From a virus: a stretch of DNA of 64,000 nt. The stretch lies in the IMG/VR virus record IMGVR_UViG_3300047160_003799; one strand, written 5' to 3'. A program made the position numbers and the translations under genes. Shown piece after piece: positions 1-8,864 of the stretch; positions within the stretch are counted from its first letter, which is position 1, and each line of letters begins with the position of its first letter. The notes under the pieces are model-generated. The model did no database searches and had not been told where the DNA came from. It saw only the letters and a program-made list of their open reading frames with translations.

Positions 1-415
1 GCGCATCCTGAGCTTCCTCTAACGGAGACCGAAGCTCTACTTGGGGTGGTGGTCCTGGTGGTCCCATTGGTCCTGGGACTCCTTGTGGTCCTGTTGGTCC
101 TGGTGGACCAGCGGGACCTGGAGGTCCCATTAGCCCTGGTGCAATCCCACCTCTAACAAGCTCGTTTACATACTTGATGAAGGATACTGGAATACCGTCC
201 TCGATAGCCTTGCGCTCAAGTTCCCTGAGTTTCTCGTCGCTCAATGACCTACCCTCCTTGAAACGCGTACATTCGCACTTATGACTCTTGCACTTCTCGA
301 TACACTTCTTGCGGTTTACCTCGCGATGCTGATGGCGAGGATGATGGCAAGTGGCGCATAGTTCTAGATCGTAGAAGCTCATAGGTGACTGGACGGTTCT
401 GCCCCGTCGTATCAT
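1..415 (-). CDS. Collagen-like protein, partial (3' end beyond left window edge). Cys/His-rich N-terminus followed by G-x-y repeats
   Basis: Manual translation of minus strand from Met at 413-415 (alt. Met 380-382, upstream stop at 434-436): MIRRGRTVQSPMSFYDLELCATCHHPRHQHREVNRKKCIEKCKSHKCECTRF...GIAPGLMGPPGPAGPPGPTGPQGVPGPMGPPGPP, then runs off window. Not in ORF track because it has no stop in window. Confidence 0.5.
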   Translation of the reverse strand, partial: MIRRGRTVQSPMSFYDLELCATCHHPRHQHREVNRKKCIEKCKSHKCECTRFKEGRSLSDEKLRELERKAIEDGIPVSFIKYVNELVRGGIAPGLMGPPGPAGPPGPTGPQGVPGPMGPPGPPPQVELRSPLEEAQDA

Positions 416-460
416 GGGCCACAGCCACGCGCTCTACTATTGAGCTACAGCCACCATGCG

Positions 461-967
461 TTAGATTGACCAGTGTAGAAACAGTTGACAAACGTATTCA
501 TCGTCTTTACACACCAAAGGCTCGCGCCAGTGTTCCATCTTACGCCCAAACATGAGAGCACCGTCACCCCTCTTGATATCGAAGGCGACCTCTGTGTTAG
601 AGAGATCCTTTGCGTAGAGCAACCAAGGATGATCCACTGTATGTAGCGTAACTGAGAGTGTAACGTCTAACGGCGGTCGATCTACGTGCTTGTTCAGTGT
701 GCTGCCATTCATGTAGATCCGACAGTAGGAGTTTGCTGGCTTCAAGTCCTGTCCAACGAGATGAGTCATATCACGTGTTGAAGTGTTCAACAGCTCCTCG
801 AAGTCAGGGTAACGGGCTATCCCGACTGAATTCTTGTAATACCTGCCATCTGCCTCATTCACCAAGCTGCCAGCATCCTTCAAGGCTAGCATCGCAGCAG
901 TGTATCGTTCGCACTCTCTAAAAGAGAGCACAGAGGAAACGTAGATATAGCCGTTCTCGCTTATCAT
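461..967 (-). CDS. hypothetical protein (168 aa)
   Basis: ORF track; protein-like composition; abuts tRNA-Lys. Confidence 0.5.
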   Translation of the reverse strand: MISENGYIYVSSVLSFRECERYTAAMLALKDAGSLVNEADGRYYKNSVGIARYPDFEELLNTSTRDMTHLVGQDLKPANSYCRIYMNGSTLNKHVDRPPLDVTLSVTLHTVDHPWLLYAKDLSNTEVAFDIKRGDGALMFGRKMEHWREPLVCKDDEYVCQLFLHWSI

Positions 968-968
968 T

Positions 969-1043
969 TGGGCTCGGAGAGACTCGAACTCTCATCTTTC
1001 ACTTTAAGAGAATGACGCTCTTCGCGAATTGAGCTACGAGCCC
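969..1043 (-). tRNA. tRNA-Lys (anticodon CTT)
   Basis: RC gives acceptor GGGCTCG/CGAGCCC, T-arm GAGAG-TTCGAGT-CTCTC, anticodon stem TCATT/AGTGA, loop CTCTTAA. Confidence 0.8.
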
Positions 1044-1089
1044 GTAGGTCTTTCTTGTATTCCGAGTATTCTTCGCGTGATTTTGACAT

Positions 1090-1161
1090 TCGGGGCAGCG
1101 GGGATTGAACCCGCGACCTTTAGGTCCCAAACCTAACGCTCTTCCACTGAGCTACGCCCCG
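1090..1161 (-). tRNA. tRNA-Pro (anticodon TGG)
   Basis: RC: CGGGGCG..GCTC-AGTGGAA-GAGC..TTAGG-TTTGGGA-CCTAA..GCGGG-TTCAATC-CCCGC-TGCCCCG. Confidence 0.85.
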
Positions 1162-1397
1162 TCAACATAAACGATTGGCCCATCCCTTTCTGGATTGTAG
1201 ACGATATCGTTGACCTCTTGCCTGAGTGCCTCGGCTGTAACAGAGACGCCAAGATTCCGTAGAGCAAAGAGCCCTATTCCCTTGGATTCGAGAAGAGCAA
1301 TAGCAACATGCTCTGTACCGATCTCACTGTGGTGCATCCCACGAGCGATGCACTTAGCCCTCTTGAGGACACCTTTGAGCATAGCGGTTTGTTTCAT
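1152..1397 (-). CDS. Clp N-terminal (Clp_N/R) domain-like small protein, 81 aa
   Basis: Sequence ...EIGTEHVAIALLESKGIGLFALRNLGVSVTAEALRQEV resembles the Clp_N repeat (IGTEHLLLGLL...LG...LR.EV). Fills exactly the gap between tRNA-Pro and tRNA-Met; stop codon overlaps tRNA-Pro 5' end. Confidence 0.5.
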   Translation of the reverse strand: MKQTAMLKGVLKRAKCIARGMHHSEIGTEHVAIALLESKGIGLFALRNLGVSVTAEALRQEVNDIVYNPERDGPIVYVDGA

Positions 1398-1399
1398 AA

Positions 1400-1472
1400 T
1401 GGGTCCGCTCGGACTCGAACCGAGATTGTTCTCCTTATGAGGGAGGGGCCATAACCGTTAGGCGACGGACCC
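1400..1472 (-). tRNA. tRNA-Met (anticodon CAT, anticodon loop CTCATAA)
   Basis: RC: acceptor GGGTCCG/CGGACCC, T-arm CTCGG-TTCGAGT-CCGAG, anticodon loop C-T-CAT-A-A. Confidence 0.8.
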
Positions 1473-1480
1473 GATACGAC

Positions 1481-1819
1481 TCAGTCAGGGATATCGGGAC
1501 GGTTCAGATCCTTCATCTCCTCGATGGTAGCAAGCCCAGCTACCCAGAGCGCCCCTTGGACGAAGCCTAGCCAGCGCATTGCCTTCTCCCGTCGATCCTC
1601 CTTGACGAGCTTGGCGGTCTCTTGAAGCATGTACAAGAGATGCTGGGAAACCTTGTCATCTTCCTCAATGGTGAAGATAAGGGTTGCCAGCTCACTCTGA
1701 CTGAGAGGCGAAGGCTGGAGATTGTCGCAGGGGTAGCCGTGCTCATTCGGAGAGGCACGGATGATCCTCTCCATTGACTCACATACAGATTGGACCTTCT
1801 CGGCTGTCATAGCCATCAC
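1481..1819 (-). CDS. hypothetical protein (112 aa)
   Basis: ORF track; start overlaps stop of next gene (ATGA-type coupling). Confidence 0.5.
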   Translation of the reverse strand: MMAMTAEKVQSVCESMERIIRASPNEHGYPCDNLQPSPLSQSELATLIFTIEEDDKVSQHLLYMLQETAKLVKEDRREKAMRWLGFVQGALWVAGLATIEEMKDLNRPDIPD

Positions 1820-2031
1820 ATCTCCACCTTTCTTTCAGCAAGGAGCTTGCGCCGCTGGTCAGCTCGTCGGTGAAGCACATTGGCTCCAATGGCGAGAGGA
1901 AACGCTATCCCCAAAATAATAGCAAGATAGCGATGTGAGAATGCCTCAGTCGGAACCGCAAGGGATACAAGCAACACCCCGTACATGATAAGACTGAGAA
2001 GATTGTCACCGATCCTGTAGTTGCAGTTCAC
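1816..2031 (-). CDS. small membrane protein (71 aa, two hydrophobic helices)
   Basis: ORF track; hydrophobic segments LLSLIMYGVLLVSLAV and LAIILGIAFPLAIG. Confidence 0.45.
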   Translation of the reverse strand: MNCNYRIGDNLLSLIMYGVLLVSLAVPTEAFSHRYLAIILGIAFPLAIGANVLHRRADQRRKLLAERKVEM

Positions 2032-2100
2032 GTGCGCCTCCGTTAGAGCTAGAGCCTATACCATAAGCCAATGGTTGCGGTCAACAGGATTTCTAAAAGG

Positions 2101-2131
2101 AAACGCAGCAGGGCGATATCCTGCTGCGTTT
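2101..2131 (-). terminator. intrinsic terminator hairpin (12-bp perfect stem AAACGCAGCAGG/CCTGCTGCGTTT) with T-tract on the minus strand
   Basis: Inverted repeat read directly; on the minus strand it is followed by CCTTTTAGAAAT; lies downstream of minus gene 2155..2529. Confidence 0.55.
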
Positions 2132-2154
2132 ATTCGTTAGGAAGGTGCAGGGGA

Positions 2155-2529
2155 TTAGGCGGCTGCATCCTTTCGAGCTGACAGGATCCAGGCTTCCTCT
2201 GGGTCGAAGTCATGATGCGGCTTCCCAGGGGGCTTCTTCGGTAGAGCCATGCCAGCGTTCTCTAGTTCTTCCCACGTGACAAGGCGTTTCGCCACGTAGC
2301 GATTCACCTTGCTGTAGTGCCTTTGGCAGAACCCACGAGTCCCAGGATGCTCAATGCAAGCTGGCATCTTGCAGAAGTGGTAGCCATCGTTCTTCGAGTT
2401 CAGCTCCACAGGGATCAGTCGAATCGTATCCATCGCTCTCACCTTCCAACGGTGAAGGGCCATCAGCACCGCGCCTGCCTGGACTCCTCCACGAGATCCG
2501 AGCTTAGCGGAAGTGCAAGGCTCGCGCAA
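2155..2529 (-). CDS. Zn-finger protein with actinophage-type C..C..C..HY motif (CKMPACIEHPGTRGFCQRHY)
   Basis: ORF track. The motif resembles the CxxC...C..HYxR finger common in actinophage HNH/AP2-like proteins. True start may be an internal Met (MALHRW...). Confidence 0.45.
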   Translation of the reverse strand: MREPCTSAKLGSRGGVQAGAVLMALHRWKVRAMDTIRLIPVELNSKNDGYHFCKMPACIEHPGTRGFCQRHYSKVNRYVAKRLVTWEELENAGMALPKKPPGKPHHDFDPEEAWILSARKDAAA

Positions 2530-2775
2530 GAGATAAGGCTGTAGGGATCCGTTCGGGTCCAGCTCTCCGTTCCTTCATCATCTCCGCGAGCGCATCCTCC
2601 TCATCTACGGGAGCACGCATGGTAGGGGAAAATCATGAGCTTGTCAAGAGGCTAGTCCATAAGGGGTTAGGTCCCTCGCCAGAAAAAAGTGTATCTACCT
2701 GTTGTTTGCCGACAGGAGAGGTGTATCGTGGCGTTCGTGGGCGATACGAGGGGAAGACAAGAAAGGACGAGGACC
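2530..2775. promoter_or_regulatory. divergent intergenic region between leftward and rightward gene blocks (probable divergent promoters)
   Basis: 246-bp non-coding gap between a minus-strand gene and the first plus-strand gene; contains TTG..-like hexamers but no confident -35/-10 call. Confidence 0.3.
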
Positions 2776-4200
2776 ATGAGACTCAGCTACGAGATCCCCG
2801 CCGAGAACCTTCCCGAGCTGGAGAAGAAGATGGGTCTCCTGCAGAAGCGTGTCGCGAAGCTGGTCGCGAAGGGCTTCAAGCTCGACGGCGAGATGGTCGG
2901 GCTCAAGGTCATGGATAAGGGCGTGGTCAAGCCCGCGCCTGGCGAGGATCCCGAGCACCCCACGAAGTTCGTGTCCTACAGGCTGGTTGAGGTCACTGGC
3001 GACACGCCCAAGGTTTCGGGCTGGGAGTTCATCGCGACACTCCAGCACGAGGACGGTGGCACGATCCTGCGTCCGCTCCCGACTTCCGACGTGGCTGACC
3101 GTGAACTGGACCCGTTCCGCGCTGCGAGCCCTGTCTGCGATCACTGCGGGTTCAATCGCCGTCGCAACAACACCTACGTCGTCCGTAACGTGGACACGGG
3201 CGAAATGAAGCAGGTCGGCTCGACTTGCCTTGGCGACTTCCTGGGCACGGGCCAGAACCCGCACATGATCGCCACCTACGCTGAGCTGCTCGTGGCCGTG
3301 AAGCGGATGGTCGAGGCCGCGCGCGAGTTCAAGGGTGCGGTTTCCACGCGGACCCTGGTTCCGTTCGAGGAGTTCCTCGCGGCGTGTGTGTCCGTCGCCC
3401 GCGAGAACGGCTTCGTGTCCAAGGGCGAGGCGTGGAGGAGCAACGGTGCCAAGGTCGCGACCGCTTCCCTGGCGTGGCGCGCGATGTTCGTGACCGATCC
3501 CAAGAGCTACGACTTCGTCCAGGTCTCCGAAGACGACGTGCGCTGGGCGCAGAAGATCCTGGCTTGGGGCGAGGCGCGGCTGCAGGACGACGCTGAGCTG
3601 AACGACTACGAGCACAACCTTCGCGTGGTGGTCTACAGCGGCTACGTGGACACTTCCACGGCGGGTATCGGGGCGAGCCTCCTCAGCTACTACAAGCGGG
3701 AGCGCGAGGTCAAGCAGGGCCAGAACCAGCACAGCGAGCACTTCGGGACTGTCGGGAAGCGCGAGAGCTTCGTCCTGACCGTCAGGAGTGTCAAGGAATT
3801 CGACAGTCGGTTCGGGCTCCGCAAGCTGGTCACGTTCAATGACCCGAAGGGCAACGTGGCGATCTGGTGGACGGGCGCGGGCTCCTTCAAGAAGAGCGAC
3901 GAGGGTAAGACTTACATTATCAAGGCGACGGTCAAGGACCACACTGTCTGGGGTCAGCACAACCTCAAGCAGACCGTCCTGACCCGCGCGACGGTCGAGG
4001 GGCGCGTCGAGCTTCCCCCGACTCAGGCTTCCGAGCCCGTGAAAGAGGCCCAGAAGCCCGTTGCGGCCCCTTCCGTGAAGCGCGCTCGCCCCTGGGAACG
4101 GCGGTATTTCCGCGCTCCGAACGTGAACGTTGTCGAGCCTGCGCCAATCGAAGAGGAGAACGGCATGGGCCGTGCGGATGGGCAGGGTCGCGCCGCGTAG
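2776..4200 (+). CDS. hypothetical protein with internal Cys cluster (CDHCGF...GSTCLG)
   Basis: ORF track frame. ATG at 2776 preceded by AAGGACGAGGACC; 475 aa from this start. Confidence 0.6.
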   Translation: MRLSYEIPAENLPELEKKMGLLQKRVAKLVAKGFKLDGEMVGLKVMDKGVVKPAPGEDPEHPTKFVSYRLVEVTGDTPKVSGWEFIATLQHEDGGTILRPLPTSDVADRELDPFRAASPVCDHCGFNRRRNNTYVVRNVDTGEMKQVGSTCLGDFLGTGQNPHMIATYAELLVAVKRMVEAAREFKGAVSTRTLVPFEEFLAACVSVARENGFVSKGEAWRSNGAKVATASLAWRAMFVTDPKSYDFVQVSEDDVRWAQKILAWGEARLQDDAELNDYEHNLRVVVYSGYVDTSTAGIGASLLSYYKREREVKQGQNQHSEHFGTVGKRESFVLTVRSVKEFDSRFGLRKLVTFNDPKGNVAIWWTGAGSFKKSDEGKTYIIKATVKDHTVWGQHNLKQTVLTRATVEGRVELPPTQASEPVKEAQKPVAAPSVKRARPWERRYFRAPNVNVVEPAPIEEENGMGRADGQGRAA

Positions 4201-4233
4201 TGCGGTAAAAGGCCGAGAGAAGGAGATAGGCAA

Positions 4234-4752
4234 GTGGGTAAGAAGAACGATCACGACGCGGCTGGAGCCATGTTCGCCGCCCTGCTGGGCGGCGGGCTGG
4301 GCGACAAGGTGGAGACCATCGGGCCGTTTTCCATTCCGCGTCCTGCGATGAAGTACGACTCGATGGAGCAGGCCACCGCTCATGTCCTGAATGCCTTCAT
4401 GAACGACATCAGCGGCTACCTCAACTCGTTGGAGGACATGATCCGAATCGTGAACTCCACGCTCCAGTACAAGCCCGAAACCATTGCGCCCGCTCTCAGG
4501 ACCAAGCTGGAAAAGCTCGTGGCCCATTACGAGGAGCTGCAGGAAACGGCGGCAGCTTTCCGTCGCGAGGTGTTGTCCAACGGTGATGTGCTGTTCAAGG
4601 GCATCACGAAGGAATTCGAGGACAACCTCAAGGAGCTGCAGAAGCAATGGGGGCTCTACAAGGAAGGCAAGCACCCCCGTCTGGTGGCGGCTGCGGCCCA
4701 GCTCAAGGTCGAAGAAGGGCGGAAGAAGAGGGAGAAGGGCAAGGCTGCGTAG
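4234..4752 (+). CDS. hypothetical protein (172 aa)
   Basis: ORF track; GTG start after GGAGATAGGCAA. Confidence 0.55.
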   Translation: MGKKNDHDAAGAMFAALLGGGLGDKVETIGPFSIPRPAMKYDSMEQATAHVLNAFMNDISGYLNSLEDMIRIVNSTLQYKPETIAPALRTKLEKLVAHYEELQETAAAFRREVLSNGDVLFKGITKEFEDNLKELQKQWGLYKEGKHPRLVAAAAQLKVEEGRKKREKGKAA

Positions 4753-4785
4753 CCTACGTGGGAAGGGGCGACTAGGAGGTCTACC

Positions 4786-5085
4786 GTGCTCTTTGTGCCG
4801 CGTGAGGTCTACGAAGTCGTCAAGAACACCCGTAAGTGGGCTACCTTCCCGATCTTGGAGGTACGCCGCGATATCGGTAACGGCAAGCCTCAGACTGGCC
4901 TGCTGCTGGCTGAGGACGTGGAGAGCGGGGCTGGCGTGGTCTACGACGGAGACGCCTACGACTACCTTGCCATGCCTCACAAGGAGGTCTATAGCCGCAT
5001 CCGTGCGCGCGTCGTTGTTGGCTCATACCTCGATGTCGAGGAAATGATCGAGGAGGGCTGGGAGCCCGATGAGGTGCTGCCATGA
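4786..5085 (+). CDS. hypothetical protein (99 aa)
   Basis: ORF track; RBS GGAGG upstream. Confidence 0.5.
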   Translation: MLFVPREVYEVVKNTRKWATFPILEVRRDIGNGKPQTGLLLAEDVESGAGVVYDGDAYDYLAMPHKEVYSRIRARVVVGSYLDVEEMIEEGWEPDEVLP

Positions 5086-5273
5086 GTGCTGAGAAGAGCC
5101 CTTGGATTAAGGGGCTCAACGCGGACGGCGGAACGATGGTCAACTTCATTCTCAACGACGGTAAGACCTACTGGCGCACGTTTAGCACGGATTGCCCGAG
5201 CGCCATCAAGGGAGGGTGGTTCGAGCTGACCTACGACGAACTTTCTGGCTATGTTGAAGTTGTTAGCGGATAG
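5082..5273 (+). CDS. hypothetical protein (63 aa)
   Basis: ORF track; start overlaps previous stop. Confidence 0.45.
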   Translation: MSAEKSPWIKGLNADGGTMVNFILNDGKTYWRTFSTDCPSAIKGGWFELTYDELSGYVEVVSG

Positions 5274-5302
5274 GTGTAGCCTATCCCCTGGAGGAATGAC
5301 CT

Positions 5303-6283
5303 GTGAGAAAAGATGCTGACATTCTGATCGTCGGGGCTGGTCCCGCTGGCCTTGCGGCTGCGGTGAACGCTTCGAGCGAGGGCCTGCACACCGTCGTTGT
5401 GGACCGTGGGCCTTGCGGTGGTCAGGCTGGCGCGTCGGCCCTGATCGAGAACTATCCTGGCTTCCAATTCGGTATCCCTGGCGATGAGCTGATGCAGCGC
5501 ATGGCGCACCAGGCTGAGCGCTTCGGTGCCGATATCCGAGAACAGGCCGAAATCACGGCTTTCGAGCGCGCGGACGGCATGTTCATCGTGACGGCTGGTG
5601 GCGACGAGATCCACGCCCGTTCCGTCCTGGCGGCTACTGGAATCAAGTACGCCCAGCTCAACGTGCCTGGCATGAACCTCAAGGGTGTGCTTGTCGGAGC
5701 TGCGGCTGTGGAAGCTCCCAAGCACCGCGACGAGGACATCTTCATCGTGGGTGGTGGGAACAGCGCTGGACAGGCTGCGGTTCACTTCGCCCACTACGCC
5801 AGGAAGGTCTCGCTGGTGGTCCGCGACTGTGCGCTCTCGTCGTTCATGAGCGCGTACATGGTCGATAAGCTGGAACACACCGCGAACATCGAGATCATCT
5901 ACTGCTCGACGGTCGAGGAGATCATGGGCGACGGGCACGTCCAACAGCTTCGGATCAAGAACACGAGGGACGGCAAGGTGACGACGGTGCCCGCTGCGGC
6001 CCTAATCATCCACATCGGCGGCAAGCCCAGCTCTCAGTGGGGCCAAGGGCTCGGTATCCTGCTGGACCCCCTGGGATACGTGGTCACTGGCACCGACATC
6101 GGAGCTGGTTGGCCTGACGCTTCCAGAGCGCCGCTCTTCCTCGAAACCTGCGTGCCTGGCTGCTTCGTGGCTGGCGACGTGCGCCACAACGCAACGAAGC
6201 GCTGCGCTACCGCCGTGGGCGACGGTGCCATGGCAGTTGCACTGATCCACCAGTACCTCATGAAGTACACGAGGAGACCATGA
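5303..6283 (+). CDS. thioredoxin-reductase-like FAD/NAD(P)-binding oxidoreductase, apparently lacking the redox-active CxxC
   Basis: Motifs [15 protein letters not shown] (FAD GxGxxG), GGQAG...ENYPGF (TrxR-like GGQ...NFPG), [12 protein letters not shown] (NAD GxGxxG), CFVAGDV (C-terminal FAD motif). No CxxC seen between the two Rossmann motifs. Confidence 0.7.
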   Translation: MRKDADILIVGAGPAGLAAAVNASSEGLHTVVVDRGPCGGQAGASALIENYPGFQFGIPGDELMQRMAHQAERFGADIREQAEITAFERADGMFIVTAGGDEIHARSVLAATGIKYAQLNVPGMNLKGVLVGAAAVEAPKHRDEDIFIVGGGNSAGQAAVHFAHYARKVSLVVRDCALSSFMSAYMVDKLEHTANIEIIYCSTVEEIMGDGHVQQLRIKNTRDGKVTTVPAAALIIHIGGKPSSQWGQGLGILLDPLGYVVTGTDIGAGWPDASRAPLFLETCVPGCFVAGDVRHNATKRCATAVGDGAMAVALIHQYLMKYTRRP

Positions 6284-6408
6284 ACGCGGAGCAGAAGAGG
6301 CAAGTCGAGGAGGAGGTAGGGATCGGAGCTGTGGGGGTCGCGATAGTCGCGTCCTTGATCGCACTCTGGATCGCAAACCTCTTGGATCTGGTTTGGGTTC
6401 TCGGATAG
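6280..6408 (+). CDS. small hydrophobic peptide (42 aa)
   Basis: Manual: ATGA overlap with previous gene; [42 protein letters not shown]. Confidence 0.35.
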   Translation: MNAEQKRQVEEEVGIGAVGVAIVASLIALWIANLLDLVWVLG

Positions 6409-6418
6409 GAGGTGTGCC

Positions 6419-6901
6419 GTGATGCCGACTGTGGAGTCATTCACTGAGCCGCCTATCACTGCGGCGCGGATCGCATACCTGCAAAAGCAGGGAATCCCCA
6501 AGGCCATCGCGGAGATCGACCTGGAGATGGTCAAGAGCAAGATGCGGGAGCCCGTGAGAATGGGCGGGCTCCATTGGCGAACCCAATGGTGCGAAATCGC
6601 TGAGGTCGAGTACAAGCGCTTCCTCACCCTGCGGCTGCTCTGGCCGAAGCAAGTCGCCGTCCCGACGACGTTCATCGACCAGATGTGGCATTACCACATC
6701 CTCGCTACCAAGACTTACCGCGAGGACTGTAAGCGCGTGTTCGGCACCTTCCTTGACCATGACCCCTACTTCGGTGGCAGCGACTACATGCTGGCGGCTG
6801 CAGCTACCGAGAGGCACTACGAGCGAACCTTCGGTGAGCTGATGATTCGTCAGCTCATCCCGACGCAAGAAGAGCAGGACGGCAAGCGCCGCTTAGGATA
6901 G
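6419..6901 (+). CDS. hypothetical protein (160 aa), contains WHYHIL...DC motif
   Basis: ORF track. Confidence 0.55.
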   Translation: MMPTVESFTEPPITAARIAYLQKQGIPKAIAEIDLEMVKSKMREPVRMGGLHWRTQWCEIAEVEYKRFLTLRLLWPKQVAVPTTFIDQMWHYHILATKTYREDCKRVFGTFLDHDPYFGGSDYMLAAAATERHYERTFGELMIRQLIPTQEEQDGKRRLG

Positions 6902-6910
6902 GAGGACTGT

Positions 6911-7177
6911 ATGAGTCTCAAGACTGGCGTTACGCGGTTCACCCCCAAGGCGGCGAGATTGCTCGCTGCACACCTGGTCTCGAATCCCAGCTTTGTCGAG
7001 CTGGGCCAGCTCATCCTGCAAGTCGCGAACAGAGTCGGATCCAGGTACGTCATGGACTCCGTTGAGATCTGGATCGAGGACGAGAACGATCTCAAGCAAG
7101 AGGAGCTGGACGAGGCGTCGGACCCCTTCAAGGGAGTTCCCCAAGGCGACCAGGGTTTCTATCACGACCACGACTGA
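6911..7177 (+). CDS. hypothetical protein (88 aa)
   Basis: ORF track; GGAGG RBS. Confidence 0.5.
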   Translation: MSLKTGVTRFTPKAARLLAAHLVSNPSFVELGQLILQVANRVGSRYVMDSVEIWIEDENDLKQEELDEASDPFKGVPQGDQGFYHDHD

Positions 7178-7191
7178 GAAAGAGGTGATCT

Positions 7192-7542
7192 GTGGAACGA
7201 GGCAACATTCACGACGACATCGACATTGACAGCTCGGAGCCGTTCAGACCGATGACTACGAAGGAGCTGGGAGAGCGCTTCCTGGTCTACAAGAAGGATC
7301 CACTGGAAGCCGCGCGCCTGGCCTTCCGAGACGTTGTGCGGTTCGCTCCGCACACCGACTTCCCCGTCAAGGGCAAGGAGGAGCTGGGAATGCTCTACGC
7401 CTTCTCGGAGCCCTACTTGCAGGGCCTTTGGGGAGAGAAGAAGGCGCGCAAGCTCATCAAGCGGCTCAACAAGCTCGCCAGCTTGCTTGGGCTCAACAGC
7501 TACGAGGATCTCTGGCGAGAGGAGTGGGACGATGACGATTAG
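7192..7542 (+). CDS. hypothetical protein (116 aa)
   Basis: ORF track; GTG start in GAAAGAGGTGATCTGTG context. Confidence 0.5.
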   Translation: MERGNIHDDIDIDSSEPFRPMTTKELGERFLVYKKDPLEAARLAFRDVVRFAPHTDFPVKGKEELGMLYAFSEPYLQGLWGEKKARKLIKRLNKLASLLGLNSYEDLWREEWDDDD

Positions 7543-7717
7543 CTTTACCAGCGTAGCTGAGCTGACCTCGTACCTCAAGAACGCTGAAATGGAGCATCAC
7601 GAATACGAGAGGCAGCTCGGCCACCGTGACGAGGCGTGGGCGGATTGGTACGCCCGCTGGATCTTCTCTCAAAAACTTGACCCGCATGGGCGTGGAGCAT
7701 TGGAGAGGAACCCGTGA
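7532..7717 (+). CDS. hypothetical protein (61 aa)
   Basis: Manual start at ATG 7532 in frame of ORF 7334..7717; the longer ORF start overlaps the previous gene heavily. Confidence 0.4.
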   Translation: MTISFTSVAELTSYLKNAEMEHHEYERQLGHRDEAWADWYARWIFSQKLDPHGRGALERNP

Positions 7718-8100
7718 CTGAGACTGAGACGACGAAGGAAGCTCTGGTGGTTCTCAAGGAGACGAGGGAGCTACTCTCCGACCCGAGCCGCTGGACGCAA
7801 GGGGCGTTCGCCAGAGACAAGGCTGGAAATGTGGTGTATACGTCGAGTCCCGTGGCTCACAGCTTTTGTGCCCACGGGGCCATCTTGCACATCATCGAGA
7901 CGAAGCACAGCGGGACCGTCGAGCTGAGGGACAAGGTCTGGAGCACCCTTGGGAAGCTCCTTGGACCGAATCGGTCACTCATCTCCTACAACGACGGCTA
8001 CGTGGTGAACGGAGCTGGAGCCCCCACGGGCTACGACGACGTTATCCAGCTCTTCGACGCGGGCATCAGCGTTCTGGAAGCGGAGGTGAGCCATGGATGA
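7714..8100 (+). CDS. hypothetical protein, paralog A of a tandem pair
   Basis: ORF track; shares RWTQGAFARD...FCAHGA with next gene. Confidence 0.55.
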   Translation: MTETETTKEALVVLKETRELLSDPSRWTQGAFARDKAGNVVYTSSPVAHSFCAHGAILHIIETKHSGTVELRDKVWSTLGKLLGPNRSLISYNDGYVVNGAGAPTGYDDVIQLFDAGISVLEAEVSHG

Positions 8101-8476
8101 TCTGCTGAATCGCGCCCCGACGTTGCCTGAGCTGCAGGTCGCGCTCGACCTCGTATTGGAAGGCAAGAAGCTGATAGCAACCCCCGACCGCTGGACGAAG
8201 TTCGCTTTCGCCAGAGACGGTGCCGATGAGGCCGTCAATGAGCTGGATGCGCGAGCTTACAAGTTCTGCATGAGAGGCGCCCTCAACAGGGCGTACCTGA
8301 ATAGGGGGCTGAGCTTCACGCACCCTGCCTTCCAGCACGTCTTGGATACCTTTACCAAGGTTCTCAACGGGAAAGGAATGACAGGCTTCAACGACGATAG
8401 CCCCGAACACGCCCGTGTGATCGGAGCCTTCGATGAAGTCGCCAGCGTCATCAACGCGGAGGTGTGCCATGCCTGA
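8093..8476 (+). CDS. hypothetical protein, paralog B of a tandem pair
   Basis: ORF track; RWTKFAFARD...FCMRGA. Confidence 0.55.
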   Translation: MDDLLNRAPTLPELQVALDLVLEGKKLIATPDRWTKFAFARDGADEAVNELDARAYKFCMRGALNRAYLNRGLSFTHPAFQHVLDTFTKVLNGKGMTGFNDDSPEHARVIGAFDEVASVINAEVCHA

Positions 8477-8642
8477 GAAGAAGGACCACAACTGCTGGAG
8501 CTACAAGCCTGACGAGGAGGAGGACCATCGGCCCGTGCCGCCCCCGCCTCCCATCGTTCACCCCTCTGAGGACCATGCCTTCGGGGCGTGGAACAGCGAC
8601 GAGGGCAATGAGGACTACGAGGACCACATTTTCGGAGCGTGA
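8469..8642 (+). CDS. small acidic/proline-rich protein (57 aa)
   Basis: Manual ATG 8469 in frame of ORF 8433..8642. Confidence 0.4.
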   Translation: MPEKKDHNCWSYKPDEEEDHRPVPPPPPIVHPSEDHAFGAWNSDEGNEDYEDHIFGA

Positions 8643-8645
8643 ACC

Positions 8646-8864
8646 ATGACTCACTCATTCAGCGCCATGTTCAAGGAAGTTCCTTCCCCTGACCCGCTGG
8701 CCTACGTTATGGGCTACACCCACGCCGTCACGGGGCAACATCTCGGCAAGGGCAAGCACAGGAAGCATCTCGCAGAGCAGTACGTCGAGGGCTTCAAGCT
8801 CGGAATGAGGGTGAAGCACAAGCGAATTCCTCAGCCCAAGTGGGCGCGGGAGATCAGACGGTGA
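8646..8864 (+). CDS. hypothetical protein (72 aa)
   Basis: ORF track. Confidence 0.45.
   Translation: MTHSFSAMFKEVPSPDPLAYVMGYTHAVTGQHLGKGKHRKHLAEQYVEGFKLGMRVKHKRIPQPKWAREIRR

Noticed and set aside
41-190. Plus-strand G-P-G collagen-like reading
   Set aside because: No start codon and a stop at 9-11 in that frame. The collagen repeats read correctly on the minus strand with a Met at 413-415.
2695-4980. 761-aa minus-strand ORF covering plus genes 2776..4200 and 4234..4752
   Set aside because: Arg/Leu/His-rich antisense composition typical of a GC-rich genome. The plus-strand genes have RBSs and protein-like sequence. No start context.
5249-5944. 231-aa minus ORF antisense to the TrxR-like gene, and 5452..5745
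   Set aside because: Antisense artefacts. The plus-strand gene has clear FAD/NAD motifs.
8257-8658. Minus-strand ORFs 8257..8658, 8066..8491 and 7975..8238 in the rightward block
   Set aside because: Antisense to well-supported plus-strand genes in a uniformly plus-strand block. No RBS.
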